DNA of 64,000 nt from Macrostomum lignano (Eukaryota). This document shows, piece by piece, positions 12,687-24,109 of this stretch. Where the stretch lies: contig NIVC01001025.1 in the NCBI GenBank assembly GCA_002269645.1, positions 1-64,000 of the forward strand, in the 5' to 3' direction. The translations under genes were made by a program, and so were the position numbers. The number at the start of each line of letters is the position of its first letter. Within the stretch, counting starts at the first letter, position 1. The notes beneath the pieces are model-generated. The model was not told where the DNA came from, did not search any database, and saw only the letters and a program-made list of their open reading frames with translations.

Positions 12687-15615
12687 ATGGATCAACATGT
12701 AAGCATTAATTTCCTGTTGTTAGTGCTATATCGCTAAAACAATCTGGCAAAACGCGCAGAATAGCAATTTTTTCAACACTCTTGTTGCGTCTCTGTTTGT
12801 TGCAGAAAGGAAAAGACAACAGCGGACTGAACAGCCTCATTCACTCCATGATTCTGGATCACACGCTTGGCGACTCCACTGCCGACTCTGGGACGCTAAA
12901 GTTTGAGAGTACGTGCACACTTTGCTTGCTTTAGTCTGCGCCTTTTCTTGTCTCGCATTTATTGAATCTGCACCGTGACGAAACTTTGAAAAAGCCCCCC
13001 CCCCCGAGTCCCCGACTTAAATAGGCTCAAACAGTTGAAGAAACATCTGTCCAAATTTTAGGCTAAAGCGGCAACAGAATTCCTTTCCCGCTCGTCATCT
13101 GATTTCTCAATGCTGAAAACCAGTCTCCCACCCACCCCGGATTTGCGCAGGCTCCGACATGAATAACAACAGCATCTGGTCCATGCACCACGACCACTAC
13201 GCCAGTCCCAATCCGCTGCAGTCTCTGTTCGGCATCCAGAGCCTGGGCACGGGTCTCACCCCAACTCCAACCAATGAGAACATGAATCTGGCGGCAGCCA
13301 ACTCTCCCTCTGTGTCGTCCGCTATGCAGACGCCCAAGACCAATCTAGAGGCGGCTGGCTTTCGCGCGATTCGCAGCTCCCAGCACAGCGGCCGTAAGAG
13401 CGGCAATACGTCTATGGGCTCCGAGCCAATGGACTCCAGCGGCATTTCCAGCGGCACGGACTTATCCGACTCGATTTTCGGCGGCGAAGGCGGACAGCAG
13501 CAGCAGCAGCAGAAAACCGCGGCGAGCCAAGCCGAGAGTGCGCAGCATCAGCAACAGCAAGCGCACCAGTCGCCTCACCAGCAGCAGCAACAGCAGTCCA
13601 ACAATCGCCAGTTCAACCACCAGCAGCAGCAGCAGCACCAAGCCAGCAGCCTGACCGAGGCTCAGAAGGCACAAATGCAGAGCCAGGCGGCACTCGCCCA
13701 GCTGCTGAGCAACCCAGCTGTAAGCGTCGCCTATGGCCAACAGCAGCAGCCGCCTCTGGTGCCACCGGGAGCTGCCGCGGCCACCGGCTTCAACCAGGAC
13801 CTCATCAGGGCCTACTGGCTAGAAGAGATGAGACGCCAGCAGCAGGAGACTCAACTGCAGCTCTACAGCGCGGAGCTTCTGAAGCTGTTCAATACCGGAA
13901 GCCAGTATCCGTACCAATGGCCGGGCAATAATCCAGCTGCAGCTGCCGCTGCCGCCGCCGCTGCCGCATCGGTTATTGGCAGCAGCGCCCAGCTGCCCGG
14001 TGCTCCAGGAGCTGGCGGACCGCCATCCGCTGCCGCCGCCGCTGCTGCGGCCGCAGCAAACCAGTCGCTCCGTGCGGTCACCTCATCGGAGCAGCAGATG
14101 GAAGGCGCCGCCGGGTCCTCGCTGGCCCTGGCAGCTGCAGCGGCTGCTTCCGGAGCCCGCGGCGGTGGAGCCGGCCAGCCGAACTACCACGAGGAAGTGT
14201 CCTCCATGGCGGCGCTCTACCGAAACTTGATGACAAACAGCGACGACGAGATTGAGAAGGCGGCCAGCTTCTACCGGAACTCGGCCTCGACGAGCGACGC
14301 GCACCACCACTGGTCTGGCAAGCTGCCCGTTCGCGTCTACAAAAATGCCATCTTCTCGCGCAAAGTCTTTCTCGGCGGTGTGCCCTGGGACGTCAGCGAC
14401 CTCGACCTGCAGCAGGCTTTCCTGCGCTTCGGCACTCTGCAGGTGCTCTGGCCGGCTCGCGAGGCCTCGAACGTGCAGATTCGCTCGTCACCGAGAGGCT
14501 ACTGCTATCTGATCTTCGACCAAGAGCTCTCCGTGCGCAACCTGCTCAAGCAATGCACCCGCGACGCCACTAACATCGGCGAGTACTATTTCAAGATCAG
14601 CAGCAGCAAGATGAAGGCCAAGGAGGTGCAGGTGATCCCCTGGTGCATCAACGATTCTCAGTTCACCAAGCAGGGCTCGCACAGGCTGGACGCCAAGCGC
14701 ACAGTGTTCATCGGCGCTCTGCACGGCATGATCACCGCCGAGGCGCTCGCCACCATCATGAACGACCTGTTCGGCAACGTGGCCTTCGCCGCCCTGGACA
14801 CTGACAAGTACAAGTACCCCATTGGCTCCGGCCGGGTGGCCTTCACCAGCCAGCGCTCCTACATGAAAGCTGTGCAAGCCAACTTTGTCGAGGTGCGCAC
14901 GGCTAAGTTCACCAAGACGGTAAGCTCTGGAGAGTTCATTCTGTTTACTTGCCGGTTTACAGGTAGATAGATTAGCCAACTTTTAGTTCAGTTAGCAAGT
15001 TAAACTCGCAGAGGCCCTCTTACGACGGTCTCTTTCACACCAAACGTTTGTCCCCGCGCCCCACCGTAAAGTTTGATAATGCCTAAAGCGGCCCATTCAG
15101 TTAGTATTGTAATTTGTTTTTTTTGATGGTCATATAACACTATACAGCAGGTTTTAGGTTGCTCAAAACACGACGACTCAATTGGAACCAAATGTACAAG
15201 GAAAGCAAAGTACAGAAACTTTATATATTTAGCTTGTTTCTGTTTTCTTCATCTGATATTTATCAACAGATTCTTGAAGCCGCCCGAAATCTACGTATTA
15301 CGAGAGGTTTAAAAATTTAACAAAAAACTTGTTTTACTCTACTTACAGCAGTAGTCTGACACGCTTGCAATCGTTACATTTATTTGCTTCTAATTAAAAA
15401 CTTCATCCCAGATTCAAATCGACCCGTACCTGGAGGACAGCATGTGCAACCACTGCTTCGTGTCGCCCGGCATCTACTTCTGCCGCGCTTTCGAGTGCTT
15501 TCGTTACTTCTGCCCGAGCTGCTGGAACCTGTGGCACGGCAACGGCTCCGACCAGGTGTACTCGCACAAGCCGCTGCGCCGCACCTTCAAGACCAACCTG
15601 CCCGACAAGAAGTGA
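12687..15615 (+). CDS. CPEB1: Cytoplasmic polyadenylation element-binding protein, CPEB1 class (2 RRM + ZZ zinc finger), ~695 aa
   Basis: Exons 12687-12698, 12806-12908, 13151-14919 and 15412-15615 splice in frame (2088 nt). RRM1 RKVFLGGVPWD, RRM2 RTVFIGALHG..KYPIGSGRVAF, and ZZ exon IQIDPYLEDSMCNHC..FCRAFECFRYFCPSCW..H..HKP. The two small 5' exons are less certain than the rest. Confidence 0.96.
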
Positions 15616-17219
15616 GCAATGGGAACAAGACAGTTTTTGTGCATCGCAAGTGCAATTTGCATATTTTTCACCGGACTAGCGCCGCTTTTGAATTAGAGGA
15701 CCGGCGTTGTTTCTAAAGCTTTGTTTGTTCTTTGTTCTCTTAGCTTACCGTACGGATCTTTTTGTTTAGATTTTGTTCATTCGACATTTTTATCAAAAAA
15801 ATGAAAAAAATTCTATTAAAAACGAATAAAAAATATTGTTTTTAGTTTTTCCCCTTGGTGTTAGTGCTTCCACAGCAATCCCGCTCCCCAGTGCCACGCC
15901 AATAGCCGTTACTCAATGCTCCCTGCCCTTCGCTGCCTCGGCAATATTATTCGGCACTTTCTCACCGAAACTTCAGTTTAAGATTTTTTGCGCTGCGAAA
16001 GATCTGCTTGCCTTTTGCAAAACGCTTTTTCATATCATAGTTCCGAAGTTGGTTCGAGACTGCCAGAAACTGCCAGCTTGGATCGATTGAAATTTATAGA
16101 CTAACAAAAAGCTTGCAAAAGCACGCAAATTCTTTTGCCAGCTTTTAAAAATGAAAACTTTTCAAATTGGCGCTTTTTTGTTTAAATAGCCTCTTGTGGC
16201 GAAATTTCCATTTTTTACGGTATGCAGTGAACTTCGTCAACTTGTTTTACTGTTATAACAAATTCGAAATATTTTGCTCAGAAATCTAATGCTTTCGCTT
16301 CCGTTTAGAAACTTTTTATTGATTCAAATTGCAAAACTTTGCTCATCGGGTCAGAAATTTTTATTATAGTAAAAATATGGTGGCATAATTCAGATTTCGC
16401 CCTCTATCTTGCCTACCATTGCACGCCCTTGTTTGACTCGTTTTCTAAATAACTATTTTTAATATTTTACTAGATTTTAATAACGCTCCGTGGTACATCG
16501 ATGCAATCTGTGGGAAAGCTCCGGTTCATTCTAAATTGTTTGAAGTTTACTCTTTTGTTTTCAGAAATAAGAACCCGTCAAACTTTTTATGCCATATCTA
16601 AAAAAGGAAGAGGCTTTGGTGTTCCTTATTTTTTAGTACATTTTATTGACATGCAAATGGAGCAAGCGCCATCGATAGTGTAACACGGCCAGCCAATCGA
16701 GAACGGCGATGAAATGACTGCCAATCAAATAGCTTTTTGTAAAGGGAAAGAATCTTATGCCGGCCAATCAATGCTCGTAGAAGTAAAGGGACAGAAAGGA
16801 AGTGGTGTTCAGCTTGGTTAGGAGACTAAAATAATGGTAGCGGCCAGCCAATCGGAGAGCTTGATTAGGATAGCGGCCAGCCAATTAGAGAGCTTGGTTA
16901 GGAGACGAAAATAACGATAGCGGTCAGCCAATCGGAGAGCTTGATTAGGAGACTGAAAATAAGGATGGCGGCCAGCCAAGCAGAGATTTGAGAAGGCCAA
17001 TCAGTAGCAGCGAGATCCGACAGCAGCTTAACTGTGTCCACAAAAAGCAAAGTTGAAGATTTATTCTGCCTCTAATAGCTGGGTATAGAACTTTAAAGTT
17101 CTCAAATCATTGCGGCCAGTTTATTTGTTTGCCAGTTTAAAGCAGGCTATGGCTGTTTGCAACTGGGATATTGTTTAACAGTTTGAGTCATTGTTAATTA
17201 GAGTCGGGTGATGCAAATG

Positions 17220-17615
17220 TCAAACATGGCTGACATCACCATCATCAGGCTTAGCCACGGTAGGCTTCTTGGCTTTAGCGTGATACCACCTGGAACGGGC
17301 GCAAACCGGTAGCTTTCTATTGAAATTGCCACGCTGCACCAGCACCTGGCACATCAGGATAATTAAGATCAGATAGATGGCGACAGTAGTGTTAATAAGC
17401 CATAACAGCGCAAGTTGCACCTGCCCGAACACGGTTGGTTCAGCGGCGGATTCTAGTCGCGGCGCCGACTTGATGCACCTGATTGCTGGAAAACCACACA
17501 TAGTAAAGTTGCACCGCACAGTGCACCCAAGCTTGTAGATTGGAGTTGAAGCGCCAATGTCAACTACAAGCAGCGAAATTGCTAATGCGAAGCAAACTCT
17601 ACTCAGCCTCAGCAT
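17220..17615 (-). CDS. Orphan 131-aa type-I membrane protein (signal peptide, 4-Cys mini-ectodomain, TM helix, basic tail)
   Basis: True ATG in a CAACA-ATG context. Hydrophobic leader MLRLSRVCFALAISLLVVDIGA, then CTVRCNFTMC..C, TM LALLWLINTTVAIYLILIILMCQVLV. 5'UTR intron 17647-17987 (GTAAGT..TTTTAG) holds a minisatellite; TATATA at ~18051-18056; AATAAA at 17120-17125 and 17060-17065. Confidence 0.7.
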   Translation of the reverse strand: MLRLSRVCFALAISLLVVDIGASTPIYKLGCTVRCNFTMCGFPAIRCIKSAPRLESAAEPTVFGQVQLALLWLINTTVAIYLILIILMCQVLVQRGNFNRKLPVCARSRWYHAKAKKPTVAKPDDGDVSHV

Positions 17616-17724
17616 TGTTGCTCTCGAATTTTTATTGCAGGAAGCCTAAAATTGCGCGGATAGTGGGTCACAGATGCGAGCTATGGAGTAGCGGTGTTGA
17701 AATAGAGAATTATACATGCAGCGA

Positions 17725-17942
17725 AATCCTCCTGAAGGGTTGGGGAATCTTAGAGACATTCTCCTGAAGGGTTGGGGAATCTCGGCGATATCCTCCTCAA
17801 GGGTCGAGGAATCTTAGAGACATCCTCCTGAAGGGTTGGGAAATCTTGGCGATATCCTCCTGAAGGGTTGGGAAATCTTGGCGATATCCTCCTGAAGGGT
17901 TGGGGAATCAAAGCAGCATTCCCCTGAAGGGTTGGGGAACCT
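17725..17942. repeat. ~32-bp minisatellite in the 5'UTR intron of the orphan membrane gene
   Basis: TCCTCCTGAAGGGTTGGGAAATCTTGGCGATA in tandem. Confidence 0.9.
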
Positions 17943-19267
17943 AGGCAATGCCTTAGGCAATGGAGAATCCAAATGGTGGTTACTTACGATTGAGTGAAAT
18001 TATGATATTGCATATGAAAGCTTCATCAAGAGCAAGTCGTCTCTGAATAATATATAGGTGAGCGCAGCCAATCACACAGAGGTGAGTACAGTTTATTAGC
18101 CGAGGGCGAGCGCCCACGCGAATCTGTAAAAGCTGGAATAGGCGCGCTGATCGAATGGCAATATTTGACAGAAAATACCCTATCAAGGATGCCTGGATAA
18201 TAGCCTCTGGACTGGAACCGGGACAAAAACAAGTAATATATATCTCGGCTAAACTCTAACGTAACAATAATAATAATGATAACGTAATTTTTTTAATACA
18301 TGTCAGCGTTTTTGTTGATAATATTAATAATCCAATTAACTACTATACCAGAGGCGCCGCGACCCCTGGTTCGATTCCGTTTGTGGCTTGTGTGCGGGAT
18401 AAATTGGCCGGGAGGTTGTCGTGCGATTCGCAGCCATGAGGACCAACCACCGAAGCACATGTGCTGAGAATTGAGTTTCAAAGAGTTAATAAATTCAGCG
18501 ATTCAGCGACCAATTAAATTTTCCGCTCGTTTCTAGTCCGGGATGCTGCTACTTGGAGGTCCACGAATCTAGACAGGTGTCTTTGATACCCTTATTTTGC
18601 AACCTTCTTTTTTATCATCTGATTCCTCTTCTAATCTCGAGTCCCTCGAATTTTTCTGTCAAGGAGACTCGATCAGTAATTGGTGTAGAATCTGGAATCG
18701 CAACTTCAATCGTCTTCAAAGTTATAAATTAAAAGCAATTTTCATTGGAGTCCTCGCTCCAGGTTCTAGATCTGATCAAATTAAGTTGTCCTTGTACGCC
18801 GCCCTCTCCCGCATCCCACCATCAAGGAGGACACAGCAGCGCCCTTGCAGGGGTCAGCTGCGAAGTAGACATAACTGCGGGTCGACATTTGTGCCGTCTT
18901 GTTTTACTGCAGTGCCCAAGCCACCCACCCCCCCCCCGGCGGACGGCAGGCCACGTTTAACTGCGAACTGCTCAAAGCGTTGTTTTGTACTCGGGCTTCA
19001 CATTCTTCTCTCGCTACTTGTTAGTAGGCCAACTATTAAGTAAACTGTTTGCTATATAAAGATGAACAATAAAGGCCAGGTATACACTAACTTGTTTGTC
19101 TTTTATAGCACGATCAACCTATAAGAAGTTAGAGTTTAATTCTGATTTTGTAATTCGAAACTTGCAGTAGAAAGAAAAACTAATTGTTCGCTGGCATGCC
19201 CGATTTTGAAACTCTGCGCTTTTCTGTTTTCTGTTTATGGCAGTTTCCACAGTTTCTGCAAAGCTCG

Positions 19268-19795
19268 GTCGTAGGGCGGAGGTTTCAGATGGGAAGCTCG
19301 GTTGTAGGGCGGAGGTTCCAGATGGGAAGCTCGGTCGTAGGGTGGAGGTTCCAGATGGGAAGCTCGGTCGTAGGGTGGAGGTTCCAGATGGGAAGCTCGG
19401 TCGTAGGGTGGAGGTTCCAGATGGGAAGCTCGGTCGTAGGGTGGAGGTTCCAGATGGGAAGCTTGGTTGTAGGGTGGAGGTTCCAGATGGGAAGCTCGGT
19501 CGTAGGGTGGAGGTTCCAGATGGGAAGCTCGGTCGTAGGGTGGAGGTTCCAGATGGGAAGCTCGGTCGTAGGGTGGAGGTTCCAGATGGGAAGCTCGGTC
19601 GTAGGGTGGAGGTTCCAGATGGGAAGCTCGGTCGTAGGGTGGAGGTTCCAGATGGGAAGCTTGGTTGTAGGGTGGAGGTTCCAGATGGGAAGCTTGGTTG
19701 TAGGGTGGAGGTTCCAGATGGGAAGCTCGGTTGTAGGGTGGGAGTTCCAGAACGGATGCTCGGTTGTAGGGTGGGAGTTCCAGAACGGAAGCCTG
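19268..19795. repeat. 30-bp minisatellite
   Basis: GCTCGGTCGTAGGGTGGAGGTTCCAGATGGGAA-type units in tandem. Confidence 0.95.
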
Positions 19796-20344
19796 GTTGG
19801 TGTGCTGACAAATAATTGGAAATGATGCAATGAATTTTTGGAGTAAAAAGTTTCTTGAAATACAAACGCAGTCTTTCGCAAATACGGTCTGTTACATTAG
19901 TTGTATTTGTATTGCTGTTAAAATTAGATTTTCTGTTGTGGCGATACCTGGTACACTTTAATAAAAGATTTAATAATTGTATTAATATACAATTACATGT
20001 AATAAATACGAGGCTAAGAGCTAGGGTTAGACAGACACGGCGCTGCAATATTAGTTCTATTATTGTAATTACAATCGTAAGTCAAATAAAAATGCCGATG
20101 GGCGCCTAGGCTGCCTGATTGATTAAGGCTTTGACAACGAAATCTTTGCAGTATAGTGTTGAGAAACTTTGTCAAATGCCGTAATAAGCAATACTGTATA
20201 ACTATAAATTATAGCGCAGGGTATAATTTTGGGATTCTGGTGTCATTAATCAGCTCACTGGGATAATTAATAATTTAAGCTGTAGACTATTGTTAAAATT
20301 AATTACCGATGGAAATTGCCATTCAATAAAAAATCGACTTTTGA

Positions 20345-20863
20345 AACTTAAGTTCCCTGACTCAAGCTCCCTGACTCAAGTTCCCTGACTCAAGCTCCCT
20401 GACTTAAGCTCCCGCTGACTCAAGCTCCCTGACTCAAGCTCCCTGACTCAAGCTCCCTGACTCAAGCTCCCGCTGACTCAAGTTCCCTGACTCAAGTTCC
20501 CGCTGACTCAAGTTCCCTGACTCAAGTTCCCGCTGACTCAAGTTCCCGCTGACTCAAGTTCCCGCTGACTCAAGTTCCCGCTGAATCAAGTTCCCGCTGA
20601 CTCAAGTTCCCGCTGACTCAAGTTCCCGCTGACTCAAGTTCCCGCTGACTCAAGTTCCCGCTGACTCAAGTTCCCGCTGACTCAAGTTCCCGCTGAATCA
20701 AGTTCCCGCTGACTCAAGTTCCCGCTGACTCAAGTTCCCGCTGACTCAAGTTCCCGCTGACTCAAGTTCCCGCTGACTCAAGTTCCCGCTGACTCAAGTT
20801 CCCGCTGACTCAAGTTCCCGCTGACTCAAGTTCCCGCTGACTCAAGTTCCCGCTGACTCAAGC
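20345..20863. repeat. 14/16-bp minisatellite (CTGACTCAAGTTCCCG)
   Basis: Tandem units seen directly. Confidence 0.95.
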
Positions 20864-20951
20864 TCAAATAAATAATATAACTAGGTTTTGGCTTAAGAAA
20901 ATCGAGATTTAACAAAACTGGAATCCCTGATTTGGGACTTCGGTCCTGCAA

Positions 20952-21305
20952 TCACAGCACAGCGCACATCTCGCTGCCCCGCTTTTTGCCTCCGCCGTTT
21001 GTTCGACTCTTGCCGCCAAATTTCGACATCCGTGCAGCCGACTGAGCCGGCTGGGACGATTTCTTGCTCTTCTTGCTCTTCTTTTTCTTCTTCTTCTGCT
21101 GTTGCTGCTGCTTGCTGGTCTGGCTCTTGGCCTTCTCAGACTTTTTGAGCTCGGTGTCTGAGCTGGCGCTGCTGGCGCTGCTGGCGCTGCTGGCGCTGGC
21201 TTCATCCTTCAACTCCTGCTGCTGCTTCTGTCGACTTCCCGTCTGCATCGCCCTGTGGTTTGCGGCACTTTGCTTGCGTTTGCCCTGGGCCCGGTGCAAC
21301 TTTGC
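20952..21305 (-). CDS. Lys/Ser/Gln-rich exon ending in polybasic stretch + CaaX box (GGKKRGSEMCAVL*); terminal exon or complete 98-aa protein from ATG 21248
   Basis: GC-rich coding-like ORF. Acceptor CCCATCCCCTAG at ~21306. Upstream minisatellite-filled intervals with a GTGAGT donor near 23345 suggest further 5' exons, but no continuous ORF could be traced. Confidence 0.6.
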   Translation of the reverse strand, partial: AKLHRAQGKRKQSAANHRAMQTGSRQKQQQELKDEASASSASSASSASSDTELKKSEKAKSQTSKQQQQQKKKKKKSKKSKKSSQPAQSAARMSKFGGKSRTNGGGKKRGSEMCAVL

Positions 21306-21469
21306 TAGGGGATGGGAGGCCGGCTATGCAGCATTTATCTACCCCATCCCATGCCGACCCGCCACTACAGTCGGCTACTCACAAGTTTTGTTTTACCTGA
21401 GAAGGGATATAAATTCGTGGAGTTCTAAAAAGCTGGCAACTGGGGGTGCCGCACAGGAGATTTTTTCTC

Positions 21470-21880
21470 AAATTTGGCTTCTCAAATTTGGCTTCTCACA
21501 TTTGGCTTCTCACATTTGGCTTCTCAAATTTGGCTTCTCACATTTGGCTTCTCACATTTGGCTTCTCAAATTTGGCTTCTCACATTTGGCTTCTCACATT
21601 TGGCTTCTCAAATTTGGCTTCTCAAATTTGGCTTCTTAAATGTGGCTTCTTAAATGCTGCTTCTCAAATGCTGCTTCTCAAATGCTGCTTCTCAAATGTG
21701 GCTTCTCAAATGTGGCTTCTTAAATGCTGCTTCTCAAATGCTGCTTCTCAAATGCTGCTTCTCAAATGCTGCTTCTCAAATGTGGCTTCTTAAATGCTGC
21801 TTCTCAAATGCTGCTTCTCAAATGCTGCTTCTCAAATGCTGCTTCTCAAATGCTGCTTCTCAAATGTGGCTTCTCAGATT
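21470..21880. repeat. 14-bp minisatellite (TTTGGCTTCTCAAA grading to TGCTGCTTCTCAAA)
   Basis: Tandem units seen directly. Confidence 0.95.
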
Positions 21881-22577
21881 GGCTTGTACTGTAAAATCTA
21901 CTTCGCAAAAATTTGATTATTACTGCTCTGGACTCATTCTTTGACGCATCGCTGCGCCAATTTGCGCGCCTAATCACGCGCCTTGGCGCTCATTCACAAT
22001 TTTGGCGCAAAATCACTTTCTCAGCACATAGACACTCATTTCAGCCACCATCAAGCATTTATTTTAGCAAAAACCCTCTGCACGATTGAATAAATTGTTA
22101 AAAATATTTTGTGCAATTAAATTAGAATTTTGTTATAATCACATTTCCAGGCCGCACTGGTCCAATTCCTGTAATTTTGTTTAAAGCTCCATGATTAGGA
22201 CACCCACCTCTGTAGCTGATAGTATTTATTTCTCTTCATACTCAGCTACAAGTACTCAGATGGCGCTGCTGCTGGCCTCTGACTGGCGGAACTACTGACG
22301 AGTCGGATCAGAGGCTGAGAGGCTGAGAGAGAACCGCCTCATCATAAAGGATCGAGATTATGATATTGTATTTTAATTCAAGCGCTTTGGCCTCAGTTTA
22401 TTAGTCGGGAGGGCTGCTCCCTCAACTGTTCACTGTGGACTGCGACAGGTGCAGCGCTTGCTAATGAGGGCTCTAACTGATAGGTGGCAACTGCCCTTTT
22501 GAAATAACTGACGATGCCATTTTGCACTTCAGCCTCCAGCTTAACCAGGGGTCACTAAGGGCAGAGGGAATTTATCC

Positions 22578-23303
22578 AGACAGCTCACCGGGGAATGTGA
22601 ATGAGACAGCTCACCGGTGAATCTGAGTGAGACAGCTCACCGGTGAATGTGAATGAGACAGCTCACCGGTGAATCTGAGTGAGACAGATCACCGGTGAAT
22701 GTGAATGAGACAGTTCACCGGTGAATGTGAATGAGACAGTTTACCGGTGAATCTGAGTGAGACAGCTCACCGGTGAATGTGAATGATGCACAGCATCAGC
22801 GTGAATGTGAATGGTGCACAGCATCAGCGTGAATGTGAATGGTGCACAGCATCAGCGTGAATGTGAATGGTGCACAGCATCAGCGTGAATGTGAATGGTG
22901 CACAGCATCAGCGTGAATGTGAATTGTGCACAGCATCAGCGTGAATGTGAATGATGCACAGCATCAGCGTGAATGTGAATGATGCACAGCATCAGCGTGA
23001 ATGTGAATGATGCACAGCATCAGCGTGAATGTGAATTGTGCACAGCATCAGCGTGAATGTGAATGATGCACAGCATCAGCGTGAATGTGAATGATGCACA
23101 GCATCAGCGTGAATGTGAATTGTGCACAGCATCAGCGTGAATGTGAATGATGCACAGCATCAGCGTGAATGTGAATGATGCACAGCATCAGCGTGAATGT
23201 GAATGATGCACAGCATCAGCGTGAATGTGAATGATGCACAGCATCAGCGTGAATGTGAATGATGCACAGCATCAGCGTGAATGTGAATTGTGCACAGCAT
23301 CAG
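22578..23303. repeat. Two adjacent minisatellites (26 bp then 28 bp) sharing a GTGAATGTGAATGA core
   Basis: GTGAATGTGAATGAGACAGCTCACCG then GTGAATGTGAATGATGCACAGCATCAGC. Confidence 0.95.
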
Positions 23304-24109
23304 TGTCATCAAACTGCCAGATCTGGTCAGGACTGAGGCACTCACCCAGCTGGCAAACGTAGTGAATCGTCAATAGAAGAGTTCAGGCATCAAAAGCATA
23401 AAATATTTTTATCTTGGCAAGCGGAGTTATCGCTCCCAGGGGATCTGCATCCACTACATTGTCTTCCACTGCTGTCACGCAGCTCCACAAGTGAGTAGAG
23501 ATTTTGTAGAATTTCTAAAAAAATAATTTCCAAACCCAGATGAAGCGATTTCACAATGTAACTGCAATGAACAACTCCGATGGGAGATGCTGGGAGCGCA
23601 GACTCATCGCTTAGACAGATCTCTGTCAGATTAGCGGGACTCGATAGCAGTTGAGACCCCATAGGTGGGCGCCGCTCAGCTGCGTGTCCGCCCGCGCCAA
23701 TCCCCAGACTTCCATCCGAATTGTCCCCGACTGCCTTGGGGAATTGCATTCGAGGACAAAATAAAAGCAACGCCGGCCCCCCTTAGCGGCCGGCTCGCCG
23801 CCTGTTCCGGGACACAAAAAACCCAGAGAGACAAGAAGACAGCAAATTTTTCTTGTTAAATTTGATCGCAACACTCGAAGAGCAAGAGACAGCTTCTTTG
23901 TAAAAGCAAGTGAGTAGCAACTGGCCTGAATTGAATTTCACATCTGCTGCTCCCTAGAGAGGGAATATTCGGTGGCGTTTCGCCTCCCATCATTAGCAAA
24001 TGGAAGGCTAATTAGAGCGAAAAGGCGAGCAATTAACCCCAGACAAATAAAAACAGGAAAAAATTGAGAAAGCGCCACAGTCCCAACCCGATTTTGAAAC
24101 TGCAGCAAA

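Noticed and set aside
18360-18385. GGTTCGATTCC B-box (similar motif on the - strand near 56200)
   Set aside because: No cloverleaf or A-box at the proper spacing; not a tRNA gene, at most a SINE relic.
19119-20048. Several overlapping 190-310-aa repeat ORFs
   Set aside because: A 30-bp array open in multiple frames on both strands, with no splice or start context.
23390-23770. 126-aa - strand ORF as upstream CDS of the CaaX exon
   Set aside because: No in-frame splice path through the 23345 donor and 22550 acceptor could be built; probably UTR or promoter.
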